64,000 bases of DNA. It comes from Lophium mytilinum (Eukaryota). Positions 50,107-62,054 of the stretch are shown one piece after another. Position 1 is the first letter of the stretch, and each line of letters opens with the position of its first letter. A program made the translations under genes and the position numbers. Below the pieces are notes generated by a model. It had not been told where the DNA came from. It saw only the letters and a list, made by a program, of their open reading frames with translations, and ran no database searches. Location: contig MU004201.1 of assembly GCA_010093605.1 (NCBI GenBank), positions 439,106 to 503,105 on the forward strand, read 5' to 3'.

Positions 50107-51938
50107 ATGTCTATCCCATCTATCGATGGAATCCTTAATTCGATGTCCTTGGACACCCTTTTGCATTGTTTTTAACATGTCTTGAGTTACTCCCCTAAAG
50201 CCTGCAATCACCTAACAGTCTCGCTTATAACTGTTCTAAGTAAGCCCGACTCTAGCAAGCCCGACTACACCCGTAAACAAATTGAAGATGCTTTAGCCCG
50301 CGGAAAAACACCACCGATTTATAAAGAGTTAGTATGCAAAAATTGTGGGCAAACCTTTGTAATTACCGAAAATTTGTATTCTCGGTCTAAATCCGACACT
50401 TCACCCCGCTGCGATAGCTTCTATCATCCCGGTACAACCTTCTCTTCTTTCTTCTTGATTTTTAAGGGTATCTAGGCTGACGAGCGATTGTTACAGGCAC
50501 CATAGAGTTCAGCTTTGTGGATGGCCCTGCTGGTGACATTAAGCCCGACCGCTCTAGGGAGGAGAGTTGGGATAATGCCGACAAGTTTACCTCCAAGAAA
50601 AGCCTTATAGAGGACGCCATAGCCTTCTTAGAGCACGTTAAATACTCCTCTACTAAGTGTAGCAGCTTTCAAGATGTCCGCAAAGACTATGAGTCGGAGG
50701 ACTTGGAAGACAGGATTAGCTGCATCATTGCTACTAGCTAGGCCGCTGTTGATATCCTTGACTCCTCCACTGCTACTACATCCGATATCACCGCCGGAGC
50801 TTCTACTTCCGCTACCGAGGACCCCTCTCCCATGTCTATGGCACACGACCGCGTGAGGACGCGCGCGGCGGAGATAGAAAGTGAAGCCGCGCCGGTGGGG
50901 GCGCTGGACGTGTGGCCTAATTGAGGCGCGCGGTATGCCTATATAATCCAGGATGCTATACTGGATGTGCGTGCGGAGCTTGCGGACGAGGCTAAGGCTC
51001 TAGCTGCGGCTGCTACGGCGGCGACGCTTTCGGCGATAGGGTTCTACGATAGCTGGACAGACGCATAATAGGCTCCCGATGGCTACATGCCGAGTCATTA
51101 TTGGTGGTCTTGCTGCGGCAGGAGTGGGAAAGGCTGTAGTAGCCGCCCACATGTCGCAAGGGATCTCGATCCAACCTGGTGGATGGTTAACAACAAGAAC
51201 GAGGGCATGCAAGAGGAGGGAGAAGAGGGTAGAGAGGTTGAAGTCCTCGAGCCTGAAAACACCTGTCGGAAATGCAAGAAAAGCTTTCCGTCTAGAAGCG
51301 CCATGTTCCGACACCTTAGGAACGACTGTAAACGGACCTATCGTGTTTGCGGGGCGATCTTCCCGTGTAAAGACGACTTGTTCTAGTACCTGGAGCTTAA
51401 GTGCGGAAGAAGGTGTTGTATTTGCTCGACCCTCTTCCTATCTAGGGACGACTTGTCCTAACACCTGAAGAACGGCTGTATCCCTCCTTGCTAACTAAAA
51501 CGATAAAGCCCCCGGAAAGTAAAGGAGAATGTGGTTTCGCCTAATTGGATCTGTAATTGCGGAGACAGCGGATGGGGGAGAATCTAAGACTACTAAATTA
51601 TGGACTGCCCCCTTCGCCGACACCCGGAAGAGAATGGGAAAGCGGATAAGAAGGATGGGAAGGGGGGAGGGGAAGATGATAATGCGGACGAGGAGAGACC
51701 TGGATTGCACTGTAATCTATGCGGAGCTAAAATATGGCATGGAGGCATCCTTGGCCCACACAAGCATAGGTACTGCCGCTGTTGTAGCCGCAAAATACGA
51801 CGGAGGCCCGCGAAAAAGGTGATGAAAGCGAAAAGGAAGGGCGTGGTAAGGATGGCGGAGATAGGAAGGGAGGATGAAGAGGATGAGGAGGCCGAGAGAG
51901 GTGGGGAGGATGAGGAGGAGTTCGAGGAATGCAAGTAA
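50107..51938 (+). pseudogene. Multi-zinc-finger protein (CxxC..YHPG / WSCC..GC..H motif plus three C2HC fingers and acidic tail), RIP stops
   Basis: ORFs 50182, 50517, 51087 and 51600 join via intron 50432-50496 and read-through of stops. CRKCKKSFPSRSAMFRHLRNDC. Confidence 0.8.
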
Positions 51939-53402
51939 TGGGAGGCGATTCTTTGTACTTAGTAGAGCTCAAATTGCCGCTCATCCTTAAATTCTCTATA
52001 GTAAGCTAAGCTGCAGCTTTCGTTTACAAGATTGTAGTTATTACGCAGAAGCTGAACGCAAGTTAATGTTAATGAGCCACCTCGCTTAAGAATCCGGAGG
52101 ATTTTAAATGCCTACCACTGCGCACATGCTCCGTGACTCTTCGGCAGGTCGGTTGCAGGCTTAAGCTGGATGCTGCTACTGCCACTAGAGAGAACGAAGG
52201 CGTTTTGGGACATGCCCCGAAACCACCCGCCGCCAATACTGACGTTTGTCGCGTCGTGGTTGTTCTGGGAGTTCGGGGGAGCTGCTTATTATTATGTCCG
52301 CGATACGACCTTTACTGTAGTACATTCCTGTTACCTGGCTGCCATGTTATTATTACATGAATTCGCGTTGAGCCAGGTCAATGCTTGAGCGGTATAGTGT
52401 GGCGCCCTTTCCTACCTACTAGCATACTTACTACGATACCGTGAATCTATCTTTCTATGGTAGCTAGCTTCTTCCTTTATGCATAAATTAATGCAGTACT
52501 TAACCATCACCGCACTACTAATGAACCAACCTCATGACAGCCGGCGCTCTAATAAGAGGCAGCAGGTGCAGCATAGCTTAGGAATATGACGACAGCGACA
52601 TTTAGATAGATCCCGCTTCGCTGTCTAGGACGCAAGCGGTTATCGTTTGTCCAGGATGTTTAAAATGCCTACCGTTAGGAGCGTGCAGATGCGGTGGGAG
52701 TCTAGGGCTTTAACTATGAGCTATAAATCACCGGGCGGGACACTAAATAGCGGCATTAGATTGTTAGGGACGCATTGAAATATTATATTAGCTGGACTGG
52801 AATCCTTCTATAGTATACATAATCTCCTTACGAATACCCAGAAATTTAAGCCTTTACCGCCATTCCCATAAACACCTTCTACGACGGCACTTACATCTAC
52901 TCTTACAGCAGTCTTGAGAATAATAGCGGGGATCGCCTACAGCTTTATCTATGACAGCATTTAATTTTGGTTCTCCACAACAGACATTACATTCGCTTGA
53001 TGGAGAATATCCCTCTTAATGTAGCGTCCATACATCTATTACATACACAAATTCCATACTCGGGAGGAACGCACCTTAAGGTGGAAATGCAGGAAGAACA
53101 CACGCACTCGCATCCGTACCCTATTGCCCCTCAATTGAATTAGTAAGATAGTAGTAGTAATAAGAAGAGATAGTTAGCTGTCTTATTAAGTGGACGTGGG
53201 CGTAGGCTGAGGGCGAGGAGAAGAAACGAAGCTGTTGCGCTCCGAATGAGGCTTAGCGTAAAGCTAGAAGACTTTGAAATCTAGAATTGCATATATTTAA
53301 GAACGCAGCTCGCCCGACCTACCTAGATACCTCGGCTCACCTAGCTTAGCACGCAAGCCACAACCACCAGCCTTACTAATATCTCATCCGACCTAGGTAC
53401 CC

Positions 53403-53694
53403 CACGTAAGCATCTTCCACGTGAGTGTTAATAGATTACTAATATATTTTAGCTTAAATTTTTAGAAGGTTAGAAAAGGTATACAATGCGCCTGCCTACA
53501 CAGCACTATCTTAGGATAATACCGATATGAAAGTTTAATCACGTGATATAATTACTTACAAAACTGCTATATTCTATTATATAATTAGGCCTGGTGCCTT
53601 TTTATGTTATCTTCTATTAAGGATATAAGTTAATGTAAATACTTTTGCAAGGCCTTGGAATTCTATTAATACTCATGTGGAGAATGCTCACGTG
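53403..53694. mobile_element. ~290-bp AT-rich MITE-like element with ~35-bp inverted repeats
   Basis: CACGTAAGCATCTTCCACGTGAGTGTTAATAGA vs reverse complement CACGTGAGCATTCTCCACATGAGTATTAATAGA. Confidence 0.65.
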
Positions 53695-55204
53695 ACACCT
53701 CCGCTTATACACCCCCCCCGATAAGGCCTGGCGGCTCGTAAGCGAACGTTCGATGTGCGCTAAAGCTAGGGGGGCCTTATTACAACCCTACTTAACGCCT
53801 GGAGGTAGGGAGCTAATCTTTAGGAGGTTATATGCAGGTCTATAAGGCCTGTTTTTGTTTTAATTTAGATGCGTAACGCTAAGTGCCCGTAAGGGCCAAT
53901 GCATAGCGCTAAAGGGGCCCTCTAAGCCCTAGTTGTAAAGGCGTTCTGCATATACGGGCACGCGAGGCCTAAGCAGGTATAGAGGCTGCCAAATTAGGCC
54001 GGTGTAGAGGTGTAGTAAGCACTATACTAAGTATAGTGTTTAGTATATACTATACTATTTATAAAGAAGTTATGCAAGTCTCTTTAATTAGTGGCGTATA
54101 GGGGCCTTAGCCCTAACCTTTCCTCTTACGGGCGAGCTAGTCCGTGCGGGGCCGTGCGGGAGGTGTGGCAGCGGAGGTGTAGGAGGGAGAAAAACCGCTA
54201 TAATTCTAACAACAGCCTCGTTACTATGGGATAGATATAAGGGCCGTCGAAAAATGCCCTTGCCTAAACTTGTTGCAGACCGAGTTAGTCTTAACCTATA
54301 AATAAAAGTCCAGGAATCATTCCCAAGGTCTATCTAGTAGCGAAGTTCTTGTGATTTCTCTGGACTAGCCAAACTAGAAGCTTTCTGCTAGCAGTTTAGC
54401 ACCGGTTCGAAACTTACGCTCTAAACGAGAAGGTGGGTATGTTTAACCCTTTAAATTAAGTTCCCTCGTCGAAGTCGGGAACAGGTGGCTCTAGTGTCTA
54501 AGGTAGCGGAAGGCCAACGTATAAGCTGCGCGTTAATAAATTACTAGGCAATAAGAATGGCTCCACAGGGCGGTCCTCGATTTCGTCGAAGGTAGCCTAA
54601 TTAGCGCAGCGTTGGGCATCGTGGGGTGGATGGTTAGGGAGCCGCCGGCCCAGAGGGCAACTATACCACCAAGCTTGGGGACACGGGCAGCGCTCGGCCA
54701 GAAGCTGGCGGCGGTGTTGCGACGCTTTTTCTACCCCCCGCTCTTTCGATGCAAGCCCCCACTCCACGTCCTCGGGGCTGATGTGCCTGGGCGGAAAAAC
54801 GACGCGGCCTTATGGCCAAGTGAAGTGTGTGGGTACCTAGAAGAGGATGGTATAGCATTTTACATAATACAGTCTCTACAGCGGCTCGCGGACCGGCTAA
54901 TTTATTAACTCCCGCTTTTATCTCTTCCTCCGCAGAACCTTAGCATAGGAGTTAACTTGTTGGCAAGTTGGTTCTTACAGTACGCGAAGGTACGCAATAG
55001 CGATTATGCTCCTGGGAGGTGTATCCTACCCTACGCTGTTTCTAACTATCCGATCTAAACGCGATCCTACTAGAGGATGGCGCTTGCAAATTGGCAAGAT
55101 TAGCGGGTACGGTACTTAAATACTGTAAGGTCTTCCCTGTGGTTAGGGGAGTAGCTAATAGGGAAGATTTCTATTCAAAGATTAGCTTTCTTTTTCTTCA
55201 TACA

Positions 55205-55335
55205 TGATGAGAAATGTCGATTGACGAGAAATGTCAGTTGACAAAAATGGCGATTTATGGCAAAAATAGCGATTTATGAGAAAAAATGTCAATTCATGAT
55301 AAAAAATGGCGATTTATAAGAAATGTTAATTTTCT
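55205..55335 (+). repeat. Array of 17-20 bp A-tract units; related array on the opposite strand at 20495-20590
   Basis: GAGAAATGTC..TTGAC / AAAAATGGCGATTTAT is repeated about 7 times. Confidence 0.8.
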
Positions 55336-55437
55336 CCATGAAGCTTAAACACGAACATGACGTCATCTACGCGGTCTCGGACGGCCTCGAAACCTCCTCC
55401 TCCGCTGTTTCCCTCCTTAGCACCCCATGTCCCAACC

Positions 55438-55700
55438 ATGGCGTGCTCTCTCTCCCGCTCCAGCGTCGGCGCCAGCGACGACGGCGAGCGCCTCGAGCCG
55501 CGCCTTCTCCGCGCGATCGAAAACCACGACCTGTAATCCCTCGCCGCCGTAATCTACACCGCTAAAGAAACCCCTAAATTGCACAACAACTTCCTGCGCA
55601 TCGCGGTAATGCGCGCCGTTGAGAAGAACAAAATTGCCGCGCTCCAATTCTTACTAAAAGCCTGCGCATCACCTAACAGCGCGCCGGGGAAGTCCACCGG
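55438..55700 (+). pseudogene. 5' fragment of an ankyrin-repeat gene
   Basis: LLRAIENHDL*SLAAVI..LRIAVMRAVEKNKIAALQFLLKACASPN. Confidence 0.6.
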
Positions 55701-56372
55701 CCTCGACCCCATTTTGATAACCTCAATTCAGTGCAGACCTGTGAGGGGGAAGACATGCCGCGGAACTTCCAGCTGCGTATAAAGTAGTGCGGAAATAGTA
55801 TAGTAGTAGACTCGCCCGAAGTACTTAGCGTGTCTAAAATGTTGAATTACATGCCATGCTTATTATAGCGCTGCTAGCAAAGAATATAGACTTAGCAGAG
55901 CTATAGGCGCAGCACTCCTTAGACCGCATATGCCGCAACTAAGGCTTATCGGAAGCCATTACTAGCGACAGAGACCCTAAGTTCACAAGCGCCTTCTAGA
56001 CGGGGCAGGTTAAGCGATGTAAAGTGGACCTAAGGATGACGATGTTGCATTACCCATCTGTGGACAGACAAGAAAGGACAAAGCAGATAGTGGAAATAAT
56101 CTTTCGCTGCCTACTAATTAGGTAGTACCATGCCAATAGGAGACATAATAGCAGAACCTACCTCGCCCACGGTCTAGCGGCGGGCCATAAGAGCGCTCGC
56201 CGGGACTCTGGCCATCTCTATCCCTCTGCCGTGCCGAGTCGATATATATAGGGGTCTAAAGCCATGCTTAATGCCCGGAATTAAGGAGGCGAGGTTTGTC
56301 CTCATGGCTGTGAATCACCCCAATATAGCGGACGCCGCGTGCAGCAAGGAAATTGCGCCCCGCCGGCCTTTG

Positions 56373-56462
56373 AACCTCCCCTACACGCTTCTCTATAATC
56401 CTTCCGCCACGCTTATTAAGGCCGTCGGCCTATAGAAGGCACCTAAGGGCACTAAGCGCGGA
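56373..56462 (+). pseudogene. DOT5: 90-bp fragment of BCP/PrxQ peroxiredoxin (Dot5-like)
   Basis: NLPYTLLYNPSATLIKAVGL*KAPKGTKRG vs recalled fungal Dot5 LPYTLLCDPSATLIxAIGLKKAPKGTxRG. CD->YN is explained by G->A RIP changes. Confidence 0.75.
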
Positions 56463-58489
56463 ATGTAGGAAACACTGCCGCAGATTAATTGTGATCCGCC
56501 GGCTTAACTAAATCTTCCATGTTCATGAACACTTTTATTAAAGTCCGCCTCTTTGCGGTTGCGGTCTCGCAAGAAGCGCTGTGCGGTAATGGTTGACCCC
56601 TCGCGGATCTCTCCACGATTCTAATGTCTCCACGATTATTAAACTCGCCGCCCTCGCAGGATTAAATCTACTTCATAGGATGGTCTTCAAGCGCTTAACC
56701 ATAGACTGCGAGCGCAGGCCCTTAAAGCGGCCGGAAAAGTTCATTCTAGAAGACGTCTAAGCCAGCCTAAAGCTCTATAATAAGGAGGAGAAATCTGAGC
56801 CTGCTGTTCTATGGATAGCAATAGTATACTAAAGGACCTTAAACGGTGCGAAATAAACGTACACACGCATAGAATTAGGGCAGCGGCGGTGGCAGCATCT
56901 TATCCGGCAGCCTCTCTACCTTCTCCTTCACAACGGAACAATAGATCATGATTAACTTTCGTTTACTTATAACACACTTTCTGTGTCCCGCCATGGCCTA
57001 TTAGAGCACTTTTGACGGTTGACTTCGACGCCGCCGAACTCATCACCTAGCGTTAAGCCGTCAGCAACCGCATCCGCGCCTTAAAAACGACTGCAAAGAA
57101 GATTTACGGCCCGCCGCGATTAGCTCTACGATATCGATACGGACGCAATCAAAAGAAATTTCAAGTGATGAGAAATGCAGCAAAATACTGGAGAGCGATA
57201 TACGCCCTATAGGCTGCTTATATGCTAGCTTGGTACCCCTTAGGGTGCTGTCGTACGTTATGAGAGATCTAGGAAGGACATTGTTAACGAGGTCGAAAGC
57301 TTTGCGGGTCACCTTAGGCGATGTCAGACTGGCGGTCCGTAGGTAAAGGATGGCGAAATTAACCCCAGTGGAAAAGCGCCCGTGGTGCCCCTTCCTAGCT
57401 GTTAGCTCCCTCTCTTATCGATTAATACCTTTAAAACAAAGTAGACTTAAACGATGAGCAGGATACCCACATCGAGGAGGTACTGGCGGATGCGTGCGCT
57501 TCTTGCCAATCTACTTTTCCTGGGCTGAGCTTGATATAAACGTCTTGAGATGGCGCCTAAAGAGATAGAACTTAGCAGCTTCCCTACGCTCATTACGCCG
57601 TTCAACATCCTTTTTCTAGACAATCTCGCGCTCGATGTTGACATGGGCATAATTGAGTAGGCTATTCTGCACAGTCTCATCTATATGTTTAAGCATATTG
57701 GGTAGATCGTCGCCTCATGCTTCTAGGTTGACCGCAGCCGTCCTTTTGAGGGCTGTCGACGCCTCTTAAGAAACTAACCTGCTTATTAACTTGAAGAAGA
57801 GCCAGGCCGGCGACTTTGTTGTCTTGGTTATGGCGGGGCTTTATAGGACAAAATCTATGAGGATGTGCGGAGTCTAGCATAGAGTCCACGGAGGATAACT
57901 CTTTACTTATTCTAGCGCGCGGTGTTAGACGTTGATAAGGCGAATCTCGTAGAGCACACAGACGCGCACGCCCCACTTAACGCGGGTTTATAGTGGCCAC
58001 GCATACGTCTAGCACCACTCTAAGAGACTAAGCAGCCCCCCTTTTTTTACGACGCCAAAACCTTCTTAGACTCGAAGACCAGCTCCCTCCCTTCCTCCGA
58101 CGCCGCCGCCGCTATCCCTACCGCACAGTTGGCAGTGCGCTCCTGCGCAACTTCGCAGTCAAGTCGCACGAGGGTAAAGAACAGCTGCTGAGCTCGGAGG
58201 ACATTACATGGCGTGTGTGGCGGTTTAGAAAGCCCTTGTGGGGTATGAAGAAGAGGGAGCATGGGGAGATTGAGGCTGAGGAGGAGTGTAAAGAACCGCC
58301 AGCGGAAGTGAGCGATAAGCCGCTGTAGAAGTACTTCAAAGTGATTCCACTAGAGGACGGTACCTGTATCCGGGATAATTAATGTCGCCGGGCCCAGCAG
58401 ACTTATCTTCAAGTCGCTGCCGACCCTTCTGCCTCGCTCCCTAGCTCCCGCAATGGCGCTCTCCGCTGAACTAACTTCTCGACTCAGAT

Positions 58490-59650
58490 TTAAGCCACCA
58501 GACATTTGAAAGGTACTTTGGCGTGCTGCTGACACAGCACATTTACTACTGGCTCAATTCTCCGAGCGAGTAGCTCGACTGATGGTAGCATCATCAATGG
58601 GACAAAATGCGTGAACCGTCCGCAATTCTCCTCCCTCTTTCTTAGGAATAAATCGAGTATGAGCAAACCATGGAGAGTTACAAGTTGCTAGCATTCCTTA
58701 TTAAGGAGTGAAGGAGTGACGTTCTTTTAGTAGTCCCTACAATTAAGTCCGGCGACGTAGGTGCAAGACTTCTTAGATAACTAATGCATTTTGGCGATCT
58801 CGCCCCCACGTTGACGCTGGCGGTGACTTCCTAGAAGCGTAGTACTTACTTATCCTAGGCTTATAAATACTGAGATGCTTCTTTGTCTATCCCCCTTGAC
58901 TAGACTTAGACGTTTTTTGGATTATTGAGACATTGTTTCTAGTATGAGCTAAAAGGTTGGTAATCGCCTGTTGTACTTCGGGAGGAATTACTACCTTGGG
59001 CGCATGAAGGGTCTCCCCTAAGCTTTCGCGGGGTCTTAATTACTGTCCCATCTAACCCCAGCTTCACCTGGATCTTCCCAGTAACTTAATCTCTACCATT
59101 GAAGTTCTTCACTACTTAAGGGGACTTTCGGGATGCTGGGGGTTACGAGAGTACGGCTAGAATGCTTTGAGAATTAAGGGGGACCTCTTTAACCTCTTCA
59201 ACGCGCTTTAGAACAATGTGAAGCATAATACTACTTCTAAGGTCCTAGCTCCGTATATAGTTACAACTTCCGGCGCATATATAGAATGAGCGCCCCGAGC
59301 TATTAAGTAAACTCGGGATGCCGATGGTCCTATGAGCTTCAATCCGAAGATTATCGCTAAGGAGTTTATCCCTTTGCACTTAGTCTGGATTAAAACGCCC
59401 GTCATGTCTTGAATTATTCCCGCTATTCCGATATACCATATACCAGACAACAACCCCGACGCCGGAAGCCCGCGTATTTTACGTCCAGTGATCTCGCTCG
59501 GAAGTCTCTCTAACACAAGCCATAATATACCACGAGCCTATATACCTTGCTCCTATTAACACAGGATTGCCATTCTCAACATAAGCATCTCACCGGCCCG
59601 ATTTCTAGTCAATGGTGCCTAGGCCGTTGGATAGCAACATTTCTTCTCTT
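58490..59650 (-). mobile_element. Third Ty3/gypsy remnant (protease and RT N-terminus), different clade from the first
   Basis: GMLATCNSPWFAHTRFIPKKEGGELRTVHAFCPIDDATI..RRIEPV, with protease-like ORF 59208-59516 upstream. Confidence 0.8.
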
Positions 59651-61149
59651 GTCAATACACACGTGCCTCAAGTTAGAGATTATAATCATATAGCAGCTTC
59701 ACTATGTCCCCTATTACCACCTGCATTACTGGGACGAGCTAAACCTCCAATCAATGCGGAGGCCGGAGTATAAATAGTGTCTCCGCGACAAACCCAAATA
59801 AAAAACGCCACCAGGACCTACATCGCCGGGATAGACTACCTCCTCAAGTTCTGCCGATAGTAAAGTAAAGAGTTTTACTCCGCTATACACCTTCGCAGCA
59901 TATATGTCACTATCGACGTTACCAGCAGTCTCTAACGGTAATAGTTAATCCCGCACTAAGGAACATGCAGAAGATGAACCAGAGCCGTTTATTACTTAAG
60001 CGGGTTTGGCGCTTCCAATGATAGCCCTAGAGCTGCAGGAACGTTTGGACCAGGAGGAGAATGCGGATAATAAAGTTGCAGTGCCCGAAGCACAAATAGT
60101 AATAGTAACGGAGACTAATTACGATGTACTAGTTAAAGAGACCTTAGCACCCACAGCACGCGTGGATAGTTCAGAGCTAGCGGGGGTCTGCAGTCGCTCG
60201 TTTAAAGTGCTACTTCCCTAGTTCTATGTCTCTCCTTGCGCTTTCCCTCCACAACGTCTTACCACCAAAGCCCCTCGCCGCTCTAATAGTATCTGTAAGC
60301 CAACCCTTGCCCACAAAAGCTCGTGTCTTAACTGATCTGCTAGCTTGTCACCATAAACCGAGCATTGGGACAAGCGTCTAATATCGTTACCTCTACCGAC
60401 TCTTTGAAGACGAAGAAAGCGAATTGCGTTTACTCTGCGCCGCACTCGATCAGATTACGCATACGTCTTAAGTTCCTTCTTATATTTAGTTTTCTTTGTC
60501 CCTTCTTGCTTATGCCTCCATAGAAACGATGCTTGAGAAGGATGTATATTGAGTTGTTAGGCAAGGAACCCGTCTTTAGAATTGGAGATGTAATGTCGAC
60601 GCCTTATAGACATGGGCGGCTCTGTAAGCTCGACCCTAATTTTAAGCTGAAGCGATATTAATATGCGGCATCTTGAGCATCATCATCGCCGACATGGCGC
60701 TCAAGGTAGCGGGCAATTGAATAGTGGGTCTGTTCCAGCTAACTCTAATAAGGGGCGGGGAGGTTAGCACCACCGCATGCCGCTGTATTACCCATACCTA
60801 TCCCCTGCCATCTCTAAGTGTCCCGCATTCTCGCAGCCGGTTAAAAAGCAAAAGTTAACCTCCTTAGATTTCGAGAGCTGGCAAAGAGTGAGCTAGGATG
60901 GGCGGGTATAAACTGCGACCAAGGGTTTAGGATTTGAAAACTTAAGGAGACAAGATGTTCTCACAACCTCGCTTAGCAGCGGTTGGAAGATAAGAATTGA
61001 GTTTTGTTCTTCGTATATGGTAAGCTCTGCTATTCATGAACATATCTTCCCTAAGCTAATTGTGGCATCACGATCCTCCAAGGAAATTATAGGCAGGAGA
61101 TTCGCCAGGCACAATCCTCCCTGACAGCTTCAACTCTCTTAATTCCCTC

Positions 61150-61950
61150 CGCATCAAGTTCTCTACGTGTCGAACTCAGCTTAAGACGAGCTATATCCCT
61201 TGTAATACTATGCCTAAATCCCGTGCGTGGCTCCGCGCGCAAACTTTCCTCACACTTAGGATATGGGATGGTATACGGCCTAAATGTGTAGGAGTTTCCG
61301 TGAAACTAAGCTTCCTCTTCTAGTAAATATATTGCTGTGCCCGCAAAAGTCTCATCATCCTATCTTGTCCTTTGGTTGCGCGCCCTCAATTGACGCCTTG
61401 TCCGGTAGCAGCGCCGTCATCTTAGGACTGACTTTGGCGGGCAAAGTAAGACGCAGGGCTTTACAACCATCGGAAGGAAACGAACGCCGCCAGGATGAAG
61501 AGAACAGAAGCCTAGCAGAGGAGTTAGCTTATTGGCGAAGCTAACTTTCACACAGCGCAGTAGGAAGACTTCTCTCTCTCTCCCGGAATAGATAATACAT
61601 GGCGTCAAAGGGACCGCGCAAGAGCGGCGGAGCGGTTAACTCCTTTAATGCCTATACAGCGTCAGGTGCACGTTGCCCGATGTTGGCGGCGCTCACGGTC
61701 GAAGTGGCTGTCGTCCCTAGCAGGCTTGGTGGTTCCGCAGATATGGTGTCCTTGTTGATGACTAGCCGCTAACTTTACCTTAAGATACACCTGCACTGTT
61801 GTTCCTCAATATCCAGCTACGCCTAATATCGCTTAGCGCGAGCAGGGAAACGCACGTGCTTCGGATTGAACGAAGAATTTGGTCGGTTCTGCATTAGGTA
61901 TAGTATATCTCTAGCGTGCAGTAGCGTGTGTTGTAGCAAACAACTCGAAT
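61150..61950 (-). pseudogene. Possible C-terminal remnant of a DUF3435 (Starship captain-like) gene
   Basis: Frameshifted motifs in plausible order: DIEEQ; QR..AV*ALKEL; VLSIPGE; IFTRRGSLV..H; IPYPKCEESL..FRH. No catalytic tyrosine-recombinase motif was seen. Confidence 0.28.
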
Positions 61951-62054
61951 TCTTATCTGAGTCCACTTAGGTCACTTCTAACTGTTCTACTAGAGCTAAC
62001 TCCTAACTGCCCTACTGAATCTCCACAAACGTATACACGACCCTAAAGCTAAAG

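Noticed and set aside
2136..54118. Telomere-like TTAGGG/CCCTAA motifs (2136, 32005, 32344, 38679, 54110)
   Set aside because: Only one or two units each, with no telomeric tract.
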